This document shows, in pieces, positions 1 through 9,833 of a stretch of DNA of 41,279 nt. Location: positions 1 to 41,279 of the forward strand of contig CACXHG010000145.1 of assembly GCA_902767355.1 (NCBI GenBank), written 5' to 3'. Under the pieces are notes generated by a model, which saw only the letters and a list, made by a program, of their open reading frames with translations, was not told the DNA's origin and made no database searches. A program made the position numbers and the translations under genes. The DNA comes from an uncultured Bacteroidia bacterium. GTDB taxonomy: Bacteria > Bacteroidota > Bacteroidia > Bacteroidales > UBA932. How positions within the stretch are numbered: position 1 is the first letter of the stretch; the number at the start of each line of letters is the position of its first letter.

Positions 1-273
1 GCGGATGCCGCGATAGCAACCGATATCCATCAGTCGTTTGATGTTCATCTGAACCGAAGAGCGAAGCTCGCCCTCGATCTTGTACTCTTCAGCAATCTTA
101 CCACGGATTGCTGCAATCTGCTCGTCGTTCCAATCCTTGACCTTTATGTTCTCGTCAATGCCGAGCTCACCGAGGATCTTCTGGGAGGAACTGCGACCAA
201 TTCCGTAGATATAGGTCAGACCTATAACTCCGCGCTTGTTTTTTGGTAAGTCAACTCCGGCTATACGTGCCAT
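1..273 (-). CDS. rpsM: 30S ribosomal protein S13 (first 91 codons; gene runs off the window start)
   Basis: Absent from the ORF track because it is truncated. Translation from the ATG at 273-271 (minus) gives [39 protein letters not shown]..., a canonical S13 N-terminus. It lies downstream of infA-rpmJ as expected. Confidence 0.93.
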   Translation of the reverse strand, partial: MARIAGVDLPKNKRGVIGLTYIYGIGRSSSQKILGELGIDENIKVKDWNDEQIAAIRGKIAEEYKIEGELRSSVQMNIKRLMDIGCYRGIR

Positions 274-309
274 AATTTATCTTTACTTTATTGTTTGTTC
301 GGTTAAAAA

Positions 310-426
310 TTATGCTTGACGCATTTTGAATTTCGGATTCTTCTTGCAAATAACATACAAGCGGCCTTTACGCTTAACGATCTTGCAATCGTCACTACGC
401 TTTTTGATGGAAGTCTTAACTTTCAT
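310..426 (-). CDS. rpmJ: 50S ribosomal protein L36
   Basis: A 38-codon ORF below the track threshold: [41 protein letters not shown] stop at 312-310. Sits between infA and rpsM. Confidence 0.92.
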   Translation of the reverse strand: MKVKTSIKKRSDDCKIVKRKGRLYVICKKNPKFKMRQA

Positions 427-446
427 TTTGTTTGAAGTATTTAATG

Positions 447-665
447 TTATTTATATCTGAAGGAAATTCTTCCTTTGGTCAAATCATACGGAGACATCTC
501 TACCTTTACCTTGTCTCCCGGCAATATCTTGATGTAGTGCATACGCATCTTGCCCGAAATGTGGGCTATGATGACGTGGCCGTTGTCAAGCTCTACGCGG
601 AACATAGCGTTTGACAAAGCCTCAATGATGGTACCATCCTTTTCTATTGCTGATTGTTTTGGCAT
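447..665 (-). CDS. infA: translation initiation factor IF-1
   Basis: 72 aa; S1-like IF-1 sequence ([39 protein letters not shown]); conserved position after map. Confidence 0.96.
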   Translation of the reverse strand: MPKQSAIEKDGTIIEALSNAMFRVELDNGHVIIAHISGKMRMHYIKILPGDKVKVEMSPYDLTKGRISFRYK

Positions 666-693
666 AAGTTGTTGTTTCCGTTGATATTGATTA

Positions 694-1461
694 TTATTTA
701 TTATTCTCGATAAAGTCGTAGGTAGTCAGTCTCTCGGCAGCGCCCTTGCGCACCACGACCGTCATTTCAAAATGAGCCGACTTTTTGTGGTCGGCGGTGT
801 AAACACCCCAGCCGTCGTCGTCAAGATAAACTTCCTTGACGCCCTGGTTGATCATAGGCTCTATGCAGATCACCGAACCCTCGGGGAGCTTGACCCCGTG
901 GCCGCGGCGCCCGTAGTTGGGCACCTCGGGGCTTTCGTGCATAGTGCGTCCGATACCGTGGCCCACCAACTCGCGTACCACCGAAAAACCGCGCTCTTCG
1001 CAATAGCTCTGAACCGCGTATCCGATGTCGCCCGTGCGGGAGCCCGCCTTGGCGGCTTCGATACCTTTGAACAGGGAGGCCTTAGTAGTATCCAGCAAAT
1101 GCCGGTCAGCCGCACTAAGCTCTCCGCATCCAAAAGTATAGGCCGAGTCTCCGTAGTATCCCTTGTAAACCGTACCGCAGTCCACAGACACGATGTCGCC
1201 TTCTTTGAGCTCATATTCTGAGGGGAAGCCGTGCACGACGTATTCGTTGACTGAGATGCAGAGGGAGTACGGATATCCGCCATAACCCAAGAAGCCGGGC
1301 TCTGCGCCGTGGTCGCGGATAAACTCCGCAGCCAGCGCGTCAAGATCCTTGGTCTTGACCCCGGGCGCGATGTGCCTGCCAACTTCGGCAAGCGTCTTAG
1401 AGACAAGTATTGCATTCTCTCTAAGCAGCGCGATTTCTTCTTCGGTTCTGACTTTGATCAT
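694..1461 (-). CDS. map: type I methionine aminopeptidase
   Basis: 255 aa; MetAP blocks ([28 protein letters not shown]); sits between secY and infA. Confidence 0.95.
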   Translation of the reverse strand: MIKVRTEEEIALLRENAILVSKTLAEVGRHIAPGVKTKDLDALAAEFIRDHGAEPGFLGYGGYPYSLCISVNEYVVHGFPSEYELKEGDIVSVDCGTVYKGYYGDSAYTFGCGELSAADRHLLDTTKASLFKGIEAAKAGSRTGDIGYAVQSYCEERGFSVVRELVGHGIGRTMHESPEVPNYGRRGHGVKLPEGSVICIEPMINQGVKEVYLDDDGWGVYTADHKKSAHFEMTVVVRKGAAERLTTYDFIENNK

Positions 1462-1488
1462 AACTATCTTACGTTCTTTATAAGAATG

Positions 1489-2814
1489 TTACATTCCTGA
1501 ACGGCCCTGAAGACGACCGGTCTTCATAAGTCCGTCGTAGTGACGCATAAGCAGGTGGCTCTCAATGTGCTGGAGAGTATCCAGAACCACACCCACGAGA
1601 ATCAGCAGGGAAGTGCCGCCGTAGAAGTGTGCAAACTGGTTGTTGACTCCGAGCAGCTGTGCGAATGCGGGCAAAATGGCCACAAGCGCCAGGAAGAAAG
1701 AGCCGGGAAGGGTTATGCGGGACATAATCGCATCAAGATATTCAGCAGTCTTCTTGCCGGGCTTAACGCCGGGGATGAAACCGCCGTTCTTCTTGAGATC
1801 TTCAGACATATTGGTGGGGTTGATGGTCACCGCTGTGTAGAAGTAGGTGAATATGATCACCATAACTGCGAAGATGAAGTTGTACCAGAATCCTACCGGG
1901 TTGTTAAGCACGGCTGCAAGGCCCTTGGTAACGTCGAAGCGGGTGAACAGCAGAGGGATGAGCATCATCGCCTGGGCAAAGATGATAGGCATAACGCCTG
2001 CAGCATTGACCTTCAGGGGGATGTTGTTCTTCACGCCGCCGTACATCTTGCCGCCGACTACGCGCTTTGCATACTGTACGGGAACCTTGCGGACAGCCTG
2101 TACCAGGGCGATGGTGGCCACGAACACGAAGAAGAGAACTACAAGCTCAACGATAAACATAAGGATACCGCCGGTGGTCTTGGAGAACTTCTCCATAAGC
2201 TCGAGGTAGAGTGCCTGGGGAAGGCGTGCAATGATACCTATCATAATTATCAGGGAGATACCGTTGCCGATACCGCGGTCGGTGATTCTCTCACCAAGCC
2301 ACATCACGAACATAGAACCGCCCAGAAGGATGAGGGTTGCTATGAAGGCGTACCAGCCGCTGCCCATCTGAACCAGGAATGCGCTTGCGGGAAGCTGTGC
2401 GCGGAGGTTTGCGATGTAAGCGGGGCCCTGGATGGCGATAATCAGGATAGTGAGATACCTGGTGTACTGATTCATTTTTCTGTGGCCGCTCTCACCCTCG
2501 CGCTGGAGGCGCTGGAAGAACGGGAACATCACACCCAGAAGCTGGATGACGATGGACGCAGAAATATAAGGCATAACGCCCAGTGCGAACACCGAGGCGT
2601 TACCGAACGCACCACCCGAGAACATATTCATAAGGCCGAGCAGGCCCTCGGATGACTGCTGTTGGAGATTGGCGAGCTGGGAGGCGTCTATACCGGGAAT
2701 CACAATGTAGCAACCGAGACGGTATACTGCTATCAGGGCGATGGTATAGAGGATCCTCTTGCGGAGCTCTTCAATCTTCCAGATATTCTTTATAGTCTGA
2801 ACAAAATTTGCCAT
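1489..2814 (-). CDS. secY: preprotein translocase subunit SecY
   Basis: 441 aa polytopic membrane protein with typical SecY sequence (GIMPYISASIVIQLL, GERITDRGIGNGISLII); follows rplO. Confidence 0.96.
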   Translation of the reverse strand: MANFVQTIKNIWKIEELRKRILYTIALIAVYRLGCYIVIPGIDASQLANLQQQSSEGLLGLMNMFSGGAFGNASVFALGVMPYISASIVIQLLGVMFPFFQRLQREGESGHRKMNQYTRYLTILIIAIQGPAYIANLRAQLPASAFLVQMGSGWYAFIATLILLGGSMFVMWLGERITDRGIGNGISLIIMIGIIARLPQALYLELMEKFSKTTGGILMFIVELVVLFFVFVATIALVQAVRKVPVQYAKRVVGGKMYGGVKNNIPLKVNAAGVMPIIFAQAMMLIPLLFTRFDVTKGLAAVLNNPVGFWYNFIFAVMVIIFTYFYTAVTINPTNMSEDLKKNGGFIPGVKPGKKTAEYLDAIMSRITLPGSFFLALVAILPAFAQLLGVNNQFAHFYGGTSLLILVGVVLDTLQHIESHLLMRHYDGLMKTGRLQGRSGM

Positions 2815-2819
2815 AGTCT

Positions 2820-3266
2820 TTAAAGAACGGTTGTTGTGCCTTCCTTAGCCTCAATCTTTGCGATTGCGCTCTTGGAGAAAGCGTGTGCGGTTACATCCAA
2901 CTTTGCGGTGAGGTCGCCGTTTCCGAGGACCTTGACGGGCATACCGGGACGAACCAGACCGCCTACTACCATATCATCGATAGAGATGGTGGTGGAACCG
3001 GTCTTCTCGCTGAGTGCCTGGAGAGCCGCTACGTTGACTACTGCAAATTCTACTCTTGTGGGGTTCTTGAAGCCGAATTTCGGAAGACGACGCTGGATAG
3101 GCATCTGACCGCCTTCGAATCCGATCTTATGTGAATAACCGCTGCGTGCCTGCGCACCCTTGTTACCACGGGTAGCTGTTCCGCCATAACCGGAACCCTG
3201 GCCGCGGCCGATGCGTTTCTCGCTCTTTACAGAACCTGCTGCGGGTTTAAGATTGTTAAGTTTCAT
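2820..3266 (-). CDS. rplO: 50S ribosomal protein L15
   Basis: 148 aa; MKLNNLKPAAGS...RIGRGQGSGYGGTATRGNKG, typical L15; spc operon order. Confidence 0.96.
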   Translation of the reverse strand: MKLNNLKPAAGSVKSEKRIGRGQGSGYGGTATRGNKGAQARSGYSHKIGFEGGQMPIQRRLPKFGFKNPTRVEFAVVNVAALQALSEKTGSTTISIDDMVVGGLVRPGMPVKVLGNGDLTAKLDVTAHAFSKSAIAKIEAKEGTTTVL

Positions 3267-3281
3267 AGTGCTGTCTTCTCC

Positions 3282-3464
3282 CTATTTTACTTCTTCAACT
3301 TTTACAAGATGACGAACCTTTTCTATCATACCTGCAGTAACCGGGGTGAGCTCGATCTCTACGGTCTCGTGCATTCTGTGAATGCCCAGGGCGCGCATAT
3401 TGGCCTGCTGACGCTCGGTTGCGCTGGCTGTACTTTTAATTTGGGTAACTTTTACTTTTGCCAT
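3282..3464 (-). CDS. rpmD: 50S ribosomal protein L30
   Basis: 60 aa; MAKVKVTQIKS...LGIHRMHETVE; between rpsE and rplO. Confidence 0.93.
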   Translation of the reverse strand: MAKVKVTQIKSTASATERQQANMRALGIHRMHETVEIELTPVTAGMIEKVRHLVKVEEVK

Positions 3465-3477
3465 AGTTCAGATCTCC

Positions 3478-3996
3478 TTAACCGTTAAATACCCTTTCCA
3501 TAGGAATACCGCGAAGACCTGCTACAGTGTAGGCGTCGCGCATTTCGCACAGAGCCGCAACGGTGGCTTTCACCAGGTTGTGGGGGTTGGATGAACCTTT
3601 ACTTTTTGCAATGACATCGTGAACACCCACTGCCTCGAACACTGCACGCATCGCACCACCGGCCTTAACACCGGTACCGGGAGCTGCGGGTTTCATAAAC
3701 ACGCGGGCACCGCCAAACTTGGCTGCCTGCTCGTGGGGGATTGTCTGCTTGCTCAGAGGGATCTTCACGAGATTCTTCTTTGCATCCTCGATGCCCTTGG
3801 AGATGGCTGTGGTAACCTCGTTGGCTTTTCCAAGGCCATAACCTACGACACCATTTTCGTCGCCTACTACGACGATTGCAGCGAAGCTGAAGTGACGGCC
3901 ACCCTTGGTAACCTTGGTCACTCTCTGAACCGCTACCAGTCTGTCCTTAAGTTCCAGGTCGACTGTCTTAACTTTCTTGGTATTGATATCTGCCAT
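3478..3996 (-). CDS. rpsE: 30S ribosomal protein S5
   Basis: 172 aa; [37 protein letters not shown]5 signature; operon order. Confidence 0.96.
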   Translation of the reverse strand: MADINTKKVKTVDLELKDRLVAVQRVTKVTKGGRHFSFAAIVVVGDENGVVGYGLGKANEVTTAISKGIEDAKKNLVKIPLSKQTIPHEQAAKFGGARVFMKPAAPGTGVKAGGAMRAVFEAVGVHDVIAKSKGSSNPHNLVKATVAALCEMRDAYTVAGLRGIPMERVFNG

Positions 3997-4001
3997 AGCG
4001 C

Positions 4002-4361
4002 TTAGAATTTAAGACCACCCTCGCGGGCAGCGTCTGCCAAACTTTTAACTCTGCCGTGATAAAGGTAACCTCCGCGGTCGAAAGACACGGTGCTGATACC
4101 TTTTTCAAGAGCGCGCTGCGCGATGCAGCCGCCTACAACCTTGGCAGCCTCGATGCCGGACTTGCCCTTGCACTGATCTGCGAGAGCCTTCTCGAGAGAG
4201 GATGCCGAAGCCAGGGTGACACCCTTGGTGTCGTCTACAACCTGGACATAGATCTGCTTATTGCTTCTGAACACTACCATACGGGGGCGCTCGGGAGTAC
4301 CGTTAACGACTTTGCGGATGCGGTAGTGGACTCTTTGTCTTCTTTCTTGTTTAGTCATCAT
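4002..4361 (-). CDS. rplR: 50S ribosomal protein L18
   Basis: 119 aa; [20 protein letters not shown]...[26 protein letters not shown]. Confidence 0.95.
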   Translation of the reverse strand: MMTKQERRQRVHYRIRKVVNGTPERPRMVVFRSNKQIYVQVVDDTKGVTLASASSLEKALADQCKGKSGIEAAKVVGGCIAQRALEKGISTVSFDRGGYLYHGRVKSLADAAREGGLKF

Positions 4362-4376
4362 AATTCAATCCTCCTG

Positions 4377-4937
4377 TTATTTAGCTGCAGCAGACTTACC
4401 GGCCTTACGACGAAGCTGTTCGCCCACAAACTTGATACCCTTACCCTTGTACGGTTCAGGCTTGCGGAATGAACGGATCTTGTGAGCCACCTGACCAAGC
4501 AGTTGCTTATCAGCGCTTTTGAGAACCAATACCGGGTTTGCACCCTTCTTAACGGCCTCGGCCTCTGCCTTGACCTCCTTGGGAAGCTGGAACTGGATAT
4601 CGTGGGAATAACCAAGGCTGAATGTAAGCATCTGGCCCTGGACATCAACGCGGTAACCAACGCCGACCAGCTCCTGTTTAATGGTGAACATCTCGTGGCA
4701 GCCAGTCACCATATTCGCGATGAGTGCGCGGTAGAGACCGTGCATAGAGCGATGGCGGGGCTGGTCTGTCGGACGGGACAGTGTGAGTTCGTTTCCCTCA
4801 ATCTTGACTTCGATGTCGGGATCCACTTTCTGGGACATCTCGCCGTGAGGGCCTTTAACCTTGACCACGTTGTCCTTTGTAACCTCAACGGATACGCCGG
4901 CGGGTAGGTGTACAGGTAATTTTCCGATTCGTGACAT
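4377..4937 (-). CDS. rplF: 50S ribosomal protein L6
   Basis: 186 aa; MSRIGKLPVHLPAGVSVEV...GVGYRV...EPYKGKGIKFVGE. Confidence 0.95.
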   Translation of the reverse strand: MSRIGKLPVHLPAGVSVEVTKDNVVKVKGPHGEMSQKVDPDIEVKIEGNELTLSRPTDQPRHRSMHGLYRALIANMVTGCHEMFTIKQELVGVGYRVDVQGQMLTFSLGYSHDIQFQLPKEVKAEAEAVKKGANPVLVLKSADKQLLGQVAHKIRSFRKPEPYKGKGIKFVGEQLRRKAGKSAAAK

Positions 4938-4970
4938 TATTGTATTATTTAAATTATTAGCAATTGGGCA

Positions 4971-5366
4971 TTAATAAACGTAGCAGAGAACCTCACCGCC
5001 TACGTTCATCTCTTTAGCTTCCTTGTCGGTGATGACACCCTTGGAAGTGGAGATGATAGCGATACCCATTCCGTTAAGTACTCTGGGCATATCATCGGCA
5101 CCGGTGTAGCGGCGCAGACCCGGACGGCTCACGCGGACAATCTTCTTGATGGCCGCGGTCTTGGTTGCGGGGTGATACTTGAGAGCGATTTTGATGGTGT
5201 TGGAAGGAGTGCCTTCTACCACCTTGTACGCGAGAATGTAACCCTTCTCGTGCAATACGCGAACGATTTCGCCTTTGAGCTTTGAAGCGGGAACCTCTAC
5301 GGTCTTGTGGCCTGCTGCGTAAGCATTGCGAATTCTCGTCAGCAAATCTGCAATTGGATCAGTCAT
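4971..5366 (-). CDS. rpsH: 30S ribosomal protein S8
   Basis: 131 aa; MTDPIADLLTRIRNA...GIAIISTSKGVITDKEAKEMNVGGEVLCYVY. Confidence 0.96.
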   Translation of the reverse strand: MTDPIADLLTRIRNAYAAGHKTVEVPASKLKGEIVRVLHEKGYILAYKVVEGTPSNTIKIALKYHPATKTAAIKKIVRVSRPGLRRYTGADDMPRVLNGMGIAIISTSKGVITDKEAKEMNVGGEVLCYVY

Positions 5367-5447
5367 TTCTAATTTCTTTTTTTGATAGCGACGCCTGCTG
5401 CGGCGCCCGATATCCTAATTGTTATTATTAATTATATGTATTCTTGT

Positions 5448-5717
5448 TTACCAGCTTGCTTTCTTCACGCCCGGAATGAGGCCCTTGGAAGCCATCTCAC
5501 GGAACTGAATACGGCTGATGCCAAACTGGCGCATATATCCTTTCGGACGGCCGGTGATAGAGCAACGATTGTGCTTACGGCAGGGGCTCGAGTTCTTGGG
5601 GAGCTTGTCGAGAGCGGCCCAGTCGCCAGCGGCTTTGAGGGCTGCACGTTTCTCTGCGTATTTGGCAATTAATTTTGCGCGCTTAACCTCGCGTGCTTTC
5701 ATTGATTCCTTTGCCAT
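5448..5717 (-). CDS. rpsN: 30S ribosomal protein S14
   Basis: 89 aa; [16 protein letters not shown]...[39 protein letters not shown]. Confidence 0.95.
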   Translation of the reverse strand: MAKESMKAREVKRAKLIAKYAEKRAALKAAGDWAALDKLPKNSSPCRKHNRCSITGRPKGYMRQFGISRIQFREMASKGLIPGVKKASW

Positions 5718-5723
5718 ATCTAG

Positions 5724-6323
5724 TTATTTCTTGATGTTTTTAAACGGTAAACCAAATTCGCGAAGGAGAGCGTAAGCTTCCTGGTCGGTCTTGGCGGTGG
5801 TCACGAAAGTGATCTCCATACCCATAACCTTCACGATCTTGTCAATGTCAATCTCGGGGAAAATGATCTGCTCCTTGATACCGAGAGTGTAGTTGCCACG
5901 GCCGTCAAAGTTCTCTGCGATACCCTTGAAGTCGCGGATACGGGGCAGGGAAACGGCGATGAGCCTCTCGAGGAACTCATACATAGTGTTGCCACGGAGA
6001 GTGACCTTTGCGCCGATGGGCATGCCGCGACGCAGCTTGAAGTTGGAAATATCCTTGCGGGAAACGGTCTGAACCGCTTTCTGGCCGGTGATTGCGGTGA
6101 GCTCTTCCTGAGCGACCTCAACCATCTTCTTATCCTGGGTAGCCTGGCCCACACCTTCGTTGAGGGTGATCTTGACCAGCTTGGGAACCTGCATTACAGT
6201 GGTGTAAGAGAATTCCTTCATCAGGTTGCCCACAATCTCCTCTTTATATTTGGTGCGGAGAGAGGGAATGTAACCTGTGTTCACGGGTGCTGCCTGAGCA
6301 GCTGCTGCTTTCTTAGTTGCCAT
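5724..6323 (-). CDS. rplE: 50S ribosomal protein L5
   Basis: 199 aa; L5 blocks ([57 protein letters not shown]). The Ala-rich N-terminal extension leaves the exact start slightly uncertain. Confidence 0.93.
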   Translation of the reverse strand: MATKKAAAAQAAPVNTGYIPSLRTKYKEEIVGNLMKEFSYTTVMQVPKLVKITLNEGVGQATQDKKMVEVAQEELTAITGQKAVQTVSRKDISNFKLRRGMPIGAKVTLRGNTMYEFLERLIAVSLPRIRDFKGIAENFDGRGNYTLGIKEQIIFPEIDIDKIVKVMGMEITFVTTAKTDQEAYALLREFGLPFKNIKK

Positions 6324-6643
6324 TATTTGAGTTCCTCCCCAGATTTTTTAGCGTAGCGTACAAGCTTGCCGTTTTTACCTACACGGCGACCGATCCTGGT
6401 GGGACCGCCCTTGACGGGATCCACAACCTGAAGGTTGGAGATGTGTATGCCAGCTTCCTGTTTGATAATACCACCCTGAGGGTGCTGTGCATTGGGTTTG
6501 GTGTGTTTGCTCACCATATTGATGCCTTCTACGATAGCGCGGTCCTTGTCTTTAAGAACCTCAAGCACCTGACCGGTTTTGCCCTTGTCGTTGCCGGCAT
6601 TTACATAAACCGTATCACCTTTCTTAATATGTAACTTCTTCAT
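6323..6643 (-). CDS. rplX: 50S ribosomal protein L24
   Basis: 106 aa; [32 protein letters not shown] motif; 1-nt overlap with rplE. Confidence 0.95.
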   Translation of the reverse strand: MKKLHIKKGDTVYVNAGNDKGKTGQVLEVLKDKDRAIVEGINMVSKHTKPNAQHPQGGIIKQEAGIHISNLQVVDPVKGGPTRIGRRVGKNGKLVRYAKKSGEELK

Positions 6644-6655
6644 AATCGCTGTTAA

Positions 6656-7021
6656 TTAAATTACCTCAGGGGCAAGTGAAACGATTTTCATATAATTCTC
6701 ACGAAGCTCGCGGGCAACGGGACCGAAGATACGGGTTCCGACAACCTCGCCGGCTTTGGTGAGCAATACACAAGCATTGTCGTCAAAACGGATGTAAGAA
6801 CCGTCGGGACGGCGGATTTCCTTCTTGGTGCGGACTACGACTGCGTTGGACACGGTACCCTTCTTGGTGTTGCCACCGGGGATGGCGCTCTTCACAGCCA
6901 CAACTATCTTGTCGCCTACACTTGCGTAGCGGTGACGGGTTCCCCCGAGCACGCGGATGCAAAGAACCTCTTTTGCACCGCTGTTGTCAGCTACTAATAA
7001 ACGTGTTTCCTGCTGTATCAT
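6656..7021 (-). CDS. rplN: 50S ribosomal protein L14
   Basis: 121 aa; [27 protein letters not shown]. Confidence 0.97.
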   Translation of the reverse strand: MIQQETRLLVADNSGAKEVLCIRVLGGTRHRYASVGDKIVVAVKSAIPGGNTKKGTVSNAVVVRTKKEIRRPDGSYIRFDDNACVLLTKAGEVVGTRIFGPVARELRENYMKIVSLAPEVI

Positions 7022-7022
7022 A

Positions 7023-7277
7023 TTACTTAACTTTTTCTACGATTTCTACTAATCTCCAGCGTTTGGTCTTGCTAAGGGGACGGGTCTCCATGATGCGTAC
7101 CTTATCGCCTTCGCTGCACTCGTTCTTGTCGTCCTGAGCGACGAACTTGGTAGTCTTGTTTACGAACTTGCCGTAAATGGGATGTTTCTCTTTGGTCTTG
7201 ACAGCAACGACAATAGACTTGTCCATTTTGTTGCTAACCACGATCCCGACTCTCTCTTTACGAAGATTTCTTTCCAT
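7023..7277 (-). CDS. rpsQ: 30S ribosomal protein S17
   Basis: 84 aa; [21 protein letters not shown]...HPIYGKFV...[31 protein letters not shown]. Confidence 0.95.
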   Translation of the reverse strand: MERNLRKERVGIVVSNKMDKSIVVAVKTKEKHPIYGKFVNKTTKFVAQDDKNECSEGDKVRIMETRPLSKTKRWRLVEIVEKVK

Positions 7278-7290
7278 AAGTCAAATCTAT

Positions 7291-7494
7291 TTATTTTGCT
7301 GATTCTGCTTTTTCCCTCTCTTGGAGAATAGTAATCATACGGGCGATATCGCGGCGCGATTTAGCAATCACCGAAGTATTGTCCAGCGGAGAGATGACGT
7401 GGTTCATTTTGGTAACAGAAAGATTCTGCTTTTCGGTCTCGATTCTTTCACGGAGATCCTGGAGCGACATCTCGCGAATTTCTTTAGCTTTCAT
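7291..7494 (-). CDS. rpmC: 50S ribosomal protein L29
   Basis: 67 aa; MKAKEIREMSLQDLRERIETEKQNL; between rplP and rpsQ. Confidence 0.92.
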   Translation of the reverse strand: MKAKEIREMSLQDLRERIETEKQNLSVTKMNHVISPLDNTSVIAKSRRDIARMITILQEREKAESAK

Positions 7495-7505
7495 TTCTAT
7501 TCTCT

Positions 7506-7934
7506 TTAATTCATTGATTCAACAAAGTCTCTTCTTACAATGAACTTGCAAGAAATAGGGAGTTTCTGTGCGCCAAGCTCCAAAGCCTCTTTAGCGACCT
7601 GTGCAGGAACGCCTTCTGCCTCGAAGATTATGCGACCGGGAGTGATGGGAGCCACGAAGCCCTCGGGGTTACCTTTACCTTTACCCATACGGACCTCTGC
7701 AGGTTTCTTGGTGTAGGGCTTGTCCGGGAACACGCGGATCCAGAGATTACCCTCACGTTTCATATGACGTGCAATAGCCTGGCGGGCTGCCTCGATCTGC
7801 TGACCGGTGAGCCAGCAGCTCTCAAGAGTCTTAAGACCAAATGAACCGAAAGCGAGTTGGTTGCCCCTGCCCGCGTTACCTTTCATACGGCCTTTCTGCT
7901 GCCTTCTAAATTTGGTTTTCTTAGGTTGTAACAT
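7506..7934 (-). CDS. rplP: 50S ribosomal protein L16
   Basis: 142 aa; [35 protein letters not shown]...[15 protein letters not shown]. Confidence 0.96.
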   Translation of the reverse strand: MLQPKKTKFRRQQKGRMKGNAGRGNQLAFGSFGLKTLESCWLTGQQIEAARQAIARHMKREGNLWIRVFPDKPYTKKPAEVRMGKGKGNPEGFVAPITPGRIIFEAEGVPAQVAKEALELGAQKLPISCKFIVRRDFVESMN

Positions 7935-8010
7935 TGTCTTGTTATTTAAATAATTTCTAAGTATCTGTTAATCAATCCCTTAATGGCGCTGGTGCCGGAA
8001 TAAGGGATTG

Positions 8011-8041
8011 CAAAGGTAGACAAATTCTTCAAACTGCCAAA
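8011..8041 (-). promoter_or_regulatory. Bacteroides-type promoter for the rplP-led operon
   Basis: On the minus strand, TTTG (8041-8038) is followed by a 19-bp spacer and TAccTTTG (8018-8011). This matches the TTTG-N19-21-TAnnTTTG consensus. The -7 box lies 76 bp upstream of the rplP ATG (7934). Confidence 0.55.
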
Positions 8042-8165
8042 TTATTTCTGCATTTTTTTTGCATTTTTCGACCAAATTTTTTGACAGCGATTTTTCACTT
8101 ATTCAATCATTTACACACTTGCACTCACCGGCACAATCCGCGCTTTGCGACCAAACTTGACGGAC

Positions 8166-8200
8166 GTAAAAAAAGCAGCCCCGGAAAAACTGGGGCTGCT
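8166..8200 (-). terminator. rho-independent terminator downstream of the GDPD gene
   Basis: Stem GCAGCCCC (8175-8182) pairs with GGGGCTGC (8192-8199) around a 9-nt loop. On the minus strand a T run follows (plus-strand A run 8168-8174). It lies 26 bp after the stop at 8226. Confidence 0.75.
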
Positions 8201-8225
8201 GCTGGTGACATATTAATTATATGAG

Positions 8226-9044
8226 TTAGTACTCGATGGTGTACCAGGGAAGGTTCTTGTTGAAGGCCTTCTTGGCGGCGGCGGGGATGTCGGTGCAAAC
8301 ATTGTCGGCGCCCAGGCTGATGCCGAGGATGATGCCGTTGATGTCTTCGGTGGGCCAGAGGTTGACCTTGAGACCCTCTTTATGGGCCTTTTCCACAGCA
8401 TTGTAGCAGGTGCCGTCTATGCGGCCTGCAAGGCGGCCTACGCCCAGGTCGACGGCCTTATCTATGGTGGTGTTGTTCACCGGCTCATTGGTGATGAGCA
8501 TCAGCTCTGCGGTGGGGAAACTCTTTGCAAGATACTCCAGAGGCCTGGGGTCGAAGGAAGATATCACAAAGGTGGCGCCAATGGGCTTGACGGCCATAAC
8601 CCTGTGATAAACAGCCTCGCACATCTCCTTGACAGCCTCGTCGGAATAGAGTGCGGCGTCGCTCTTGATCTCGAACTCGAAATACTCGATGTCGCCCTTC
8701 TTCTCTATCCATTTGAGCAGGTCTTCCAGGAAGAGCACTCTGCTCTTGCCGACCTTGAGATTCTTGATCTGTTTGGCCTTGGAGGTCTCCACATTGCCCT
8801 TGCCGTTGGTGGCGCGGTCCAGGGAGCTGTCGTGCAGCAGCACCAGCTCGCCGTCGCTGGTCATGCGGATGTCGGTCTCGAAACCGCGGAAACCGGCCTT
8901 GTAGGCCCCGTCGAAAGCGGACTGGGTGTTCTCGTCAAATTCTGCGCGGCCGCCGCGGTGGGCGTACAGACGCACTGCATTGTCCTGAGCGACTGCCATA
9001 AATGACATCAGCGCCATAGCGCAAATAATAAGTGTCTTTTTCAT
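8226..9044 (-). CDS. secreted glycerophosphodiester phosphodiesterase family protein
   Basis: 272 aa; signal peptide (MKKTLIICAMALMSFMAVAQ); GDPD catalytic blocks (YAHRGGRAEFDENT, ETDIRMTSDGELVLLHD). Confidence 0.85.
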   Translation of the reverse strand: MKKTLIICAMALMSFMAVAQDNAVRLYAHRGGRAEFDENTQSAFDGAYKAGFRGFETDIRMTSDGELVLLHDSSLDRATNGKGNVETSKAKQIKNLKVGKSRVLFLEDLLKWIEKKGDIEYFEFEIKSDAALYSDEAVKEMCEAVYHRVMAVKPIGATFVISSFDPRPLEYLAKSFPTAELMLITNEPVNNTTIDKAVDLGVGRLAGRIDGTCYNAVEKAHKEGLKVNLWPTEDINGIILGISLGADNVCTDIPAAAKKAFNKNLPWYTIEY

Positions 9045-9054
9045 AAGTTATTAA

Positions 9055-9831
9055 TTATTTGAATATAGATGATTTGCGTTTCTCTTTCTTGCGAGCGGCG
9101 CGGCCCCTTTCCTTGTTTTTCTCCAGCGACTTGTAATACGGCTCGCGGAACTTCTCCGGGATGACAATCTCGGGGCGCGGACGCCCGAACAGGAACTCGT
9201 ACAGCTCGTCGAACTCCCCGTAGTTCCAGGCCTTGCACAGCTGCTCCAGGTCGGCATCTTCGCCCTCCGGCTCGTAGCGCTGCTTGATATTGCCCTTGAA
9301 CAGCTTGGCCACGCCCTGCCAGAAGCCGGCATTCACACGGCCGAGATACTTCTTGATGATGTCGTAGGGCGGCATGCCCACCTCACGGTCTATCAGGCGT
9401 ATCATCATCAGTCCCTGACTCAGCGTGAGCTGCTTGAACAGCGGCTCAAAGTCGTTCAGAAGCTCGTCTTTGATGCTCTGCAGATACTTTTCCTGCTGGC
9501 GCTCGTTGTAGTTGCGCGCCGCAAAGAGACTGTCGGTCTCGCGTATGGTCTGGGCTATGAACAGCGCGTAGGGGTACGCCTTGCTGAAATTGTGCACACG
9601 GCGGGCACGGGCGCGCCACTCCCGCTTGGAAAGATATTTCTTGGGGTGGATGCGGGCCGGCCGGATTTCATCGACATAGATGGTGTCGCCGCGGGAGTCG
9701 ATCTCATATTTGAGAATCTGATCCTGGGGTCGTCCCTGCGTACGCGCCTGGCCGAAGGCAGGCCCGAAAGCCGCCAGAAGGGCAAGCACAAAGAGCGCCG
9801 CGCGCAGCCGGATATGTCGCAAAAAAGTCAT
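9055..9831 (-). CDS. secreted hypothetical protein, DUF4294-like
   Basis: I prefer the start MTFLRHIRLRAALFVLALLAAFGPAFGQ (ATG at 9831). It avoids overlapping radA and yields a signal peptide. The blocks LTLSQG..IRLIDRE and GFWQGVAKLF...YEPEGED match my memory of DUF4294 proteins; this is unverified. Confidence 0.7.
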   Translation of the reverse strand: MTFLRHIRLRAALFVLALLAAFGPAFGQARTQGRPQDQILKYEIDSRGDTIYVDEIRPARIHPKKYLSKREWRARARRVHNFSKAYPYALFIAQTIRETDSLFAARNYNERQQEKYLQSIKDELLNDFEPLFKQLTLSQGLMMIRLIDREVGMPPYDIIKKYLGRVNAGFWQGVAKLFKGNIKQRYEPEGEDADLEQLCKAWNYGEFDELYEFLFGRPRPEIVIPEKFREPYYKSLEKNKERGRAARKKEKRKSSIFK

Positions 9832-9833
9832 AT

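Noticed and set aside
5367-5447. The 81-bp rpsN-rpsH intergenic region, with a short GC-rich stem (CGCC...GGCG), as a possible S8 autoregulatory site.
   Set aside because: The stem is only about 4 bp, and I could not confirm any resemblance to the S8-binding helix. This is too weak to report.
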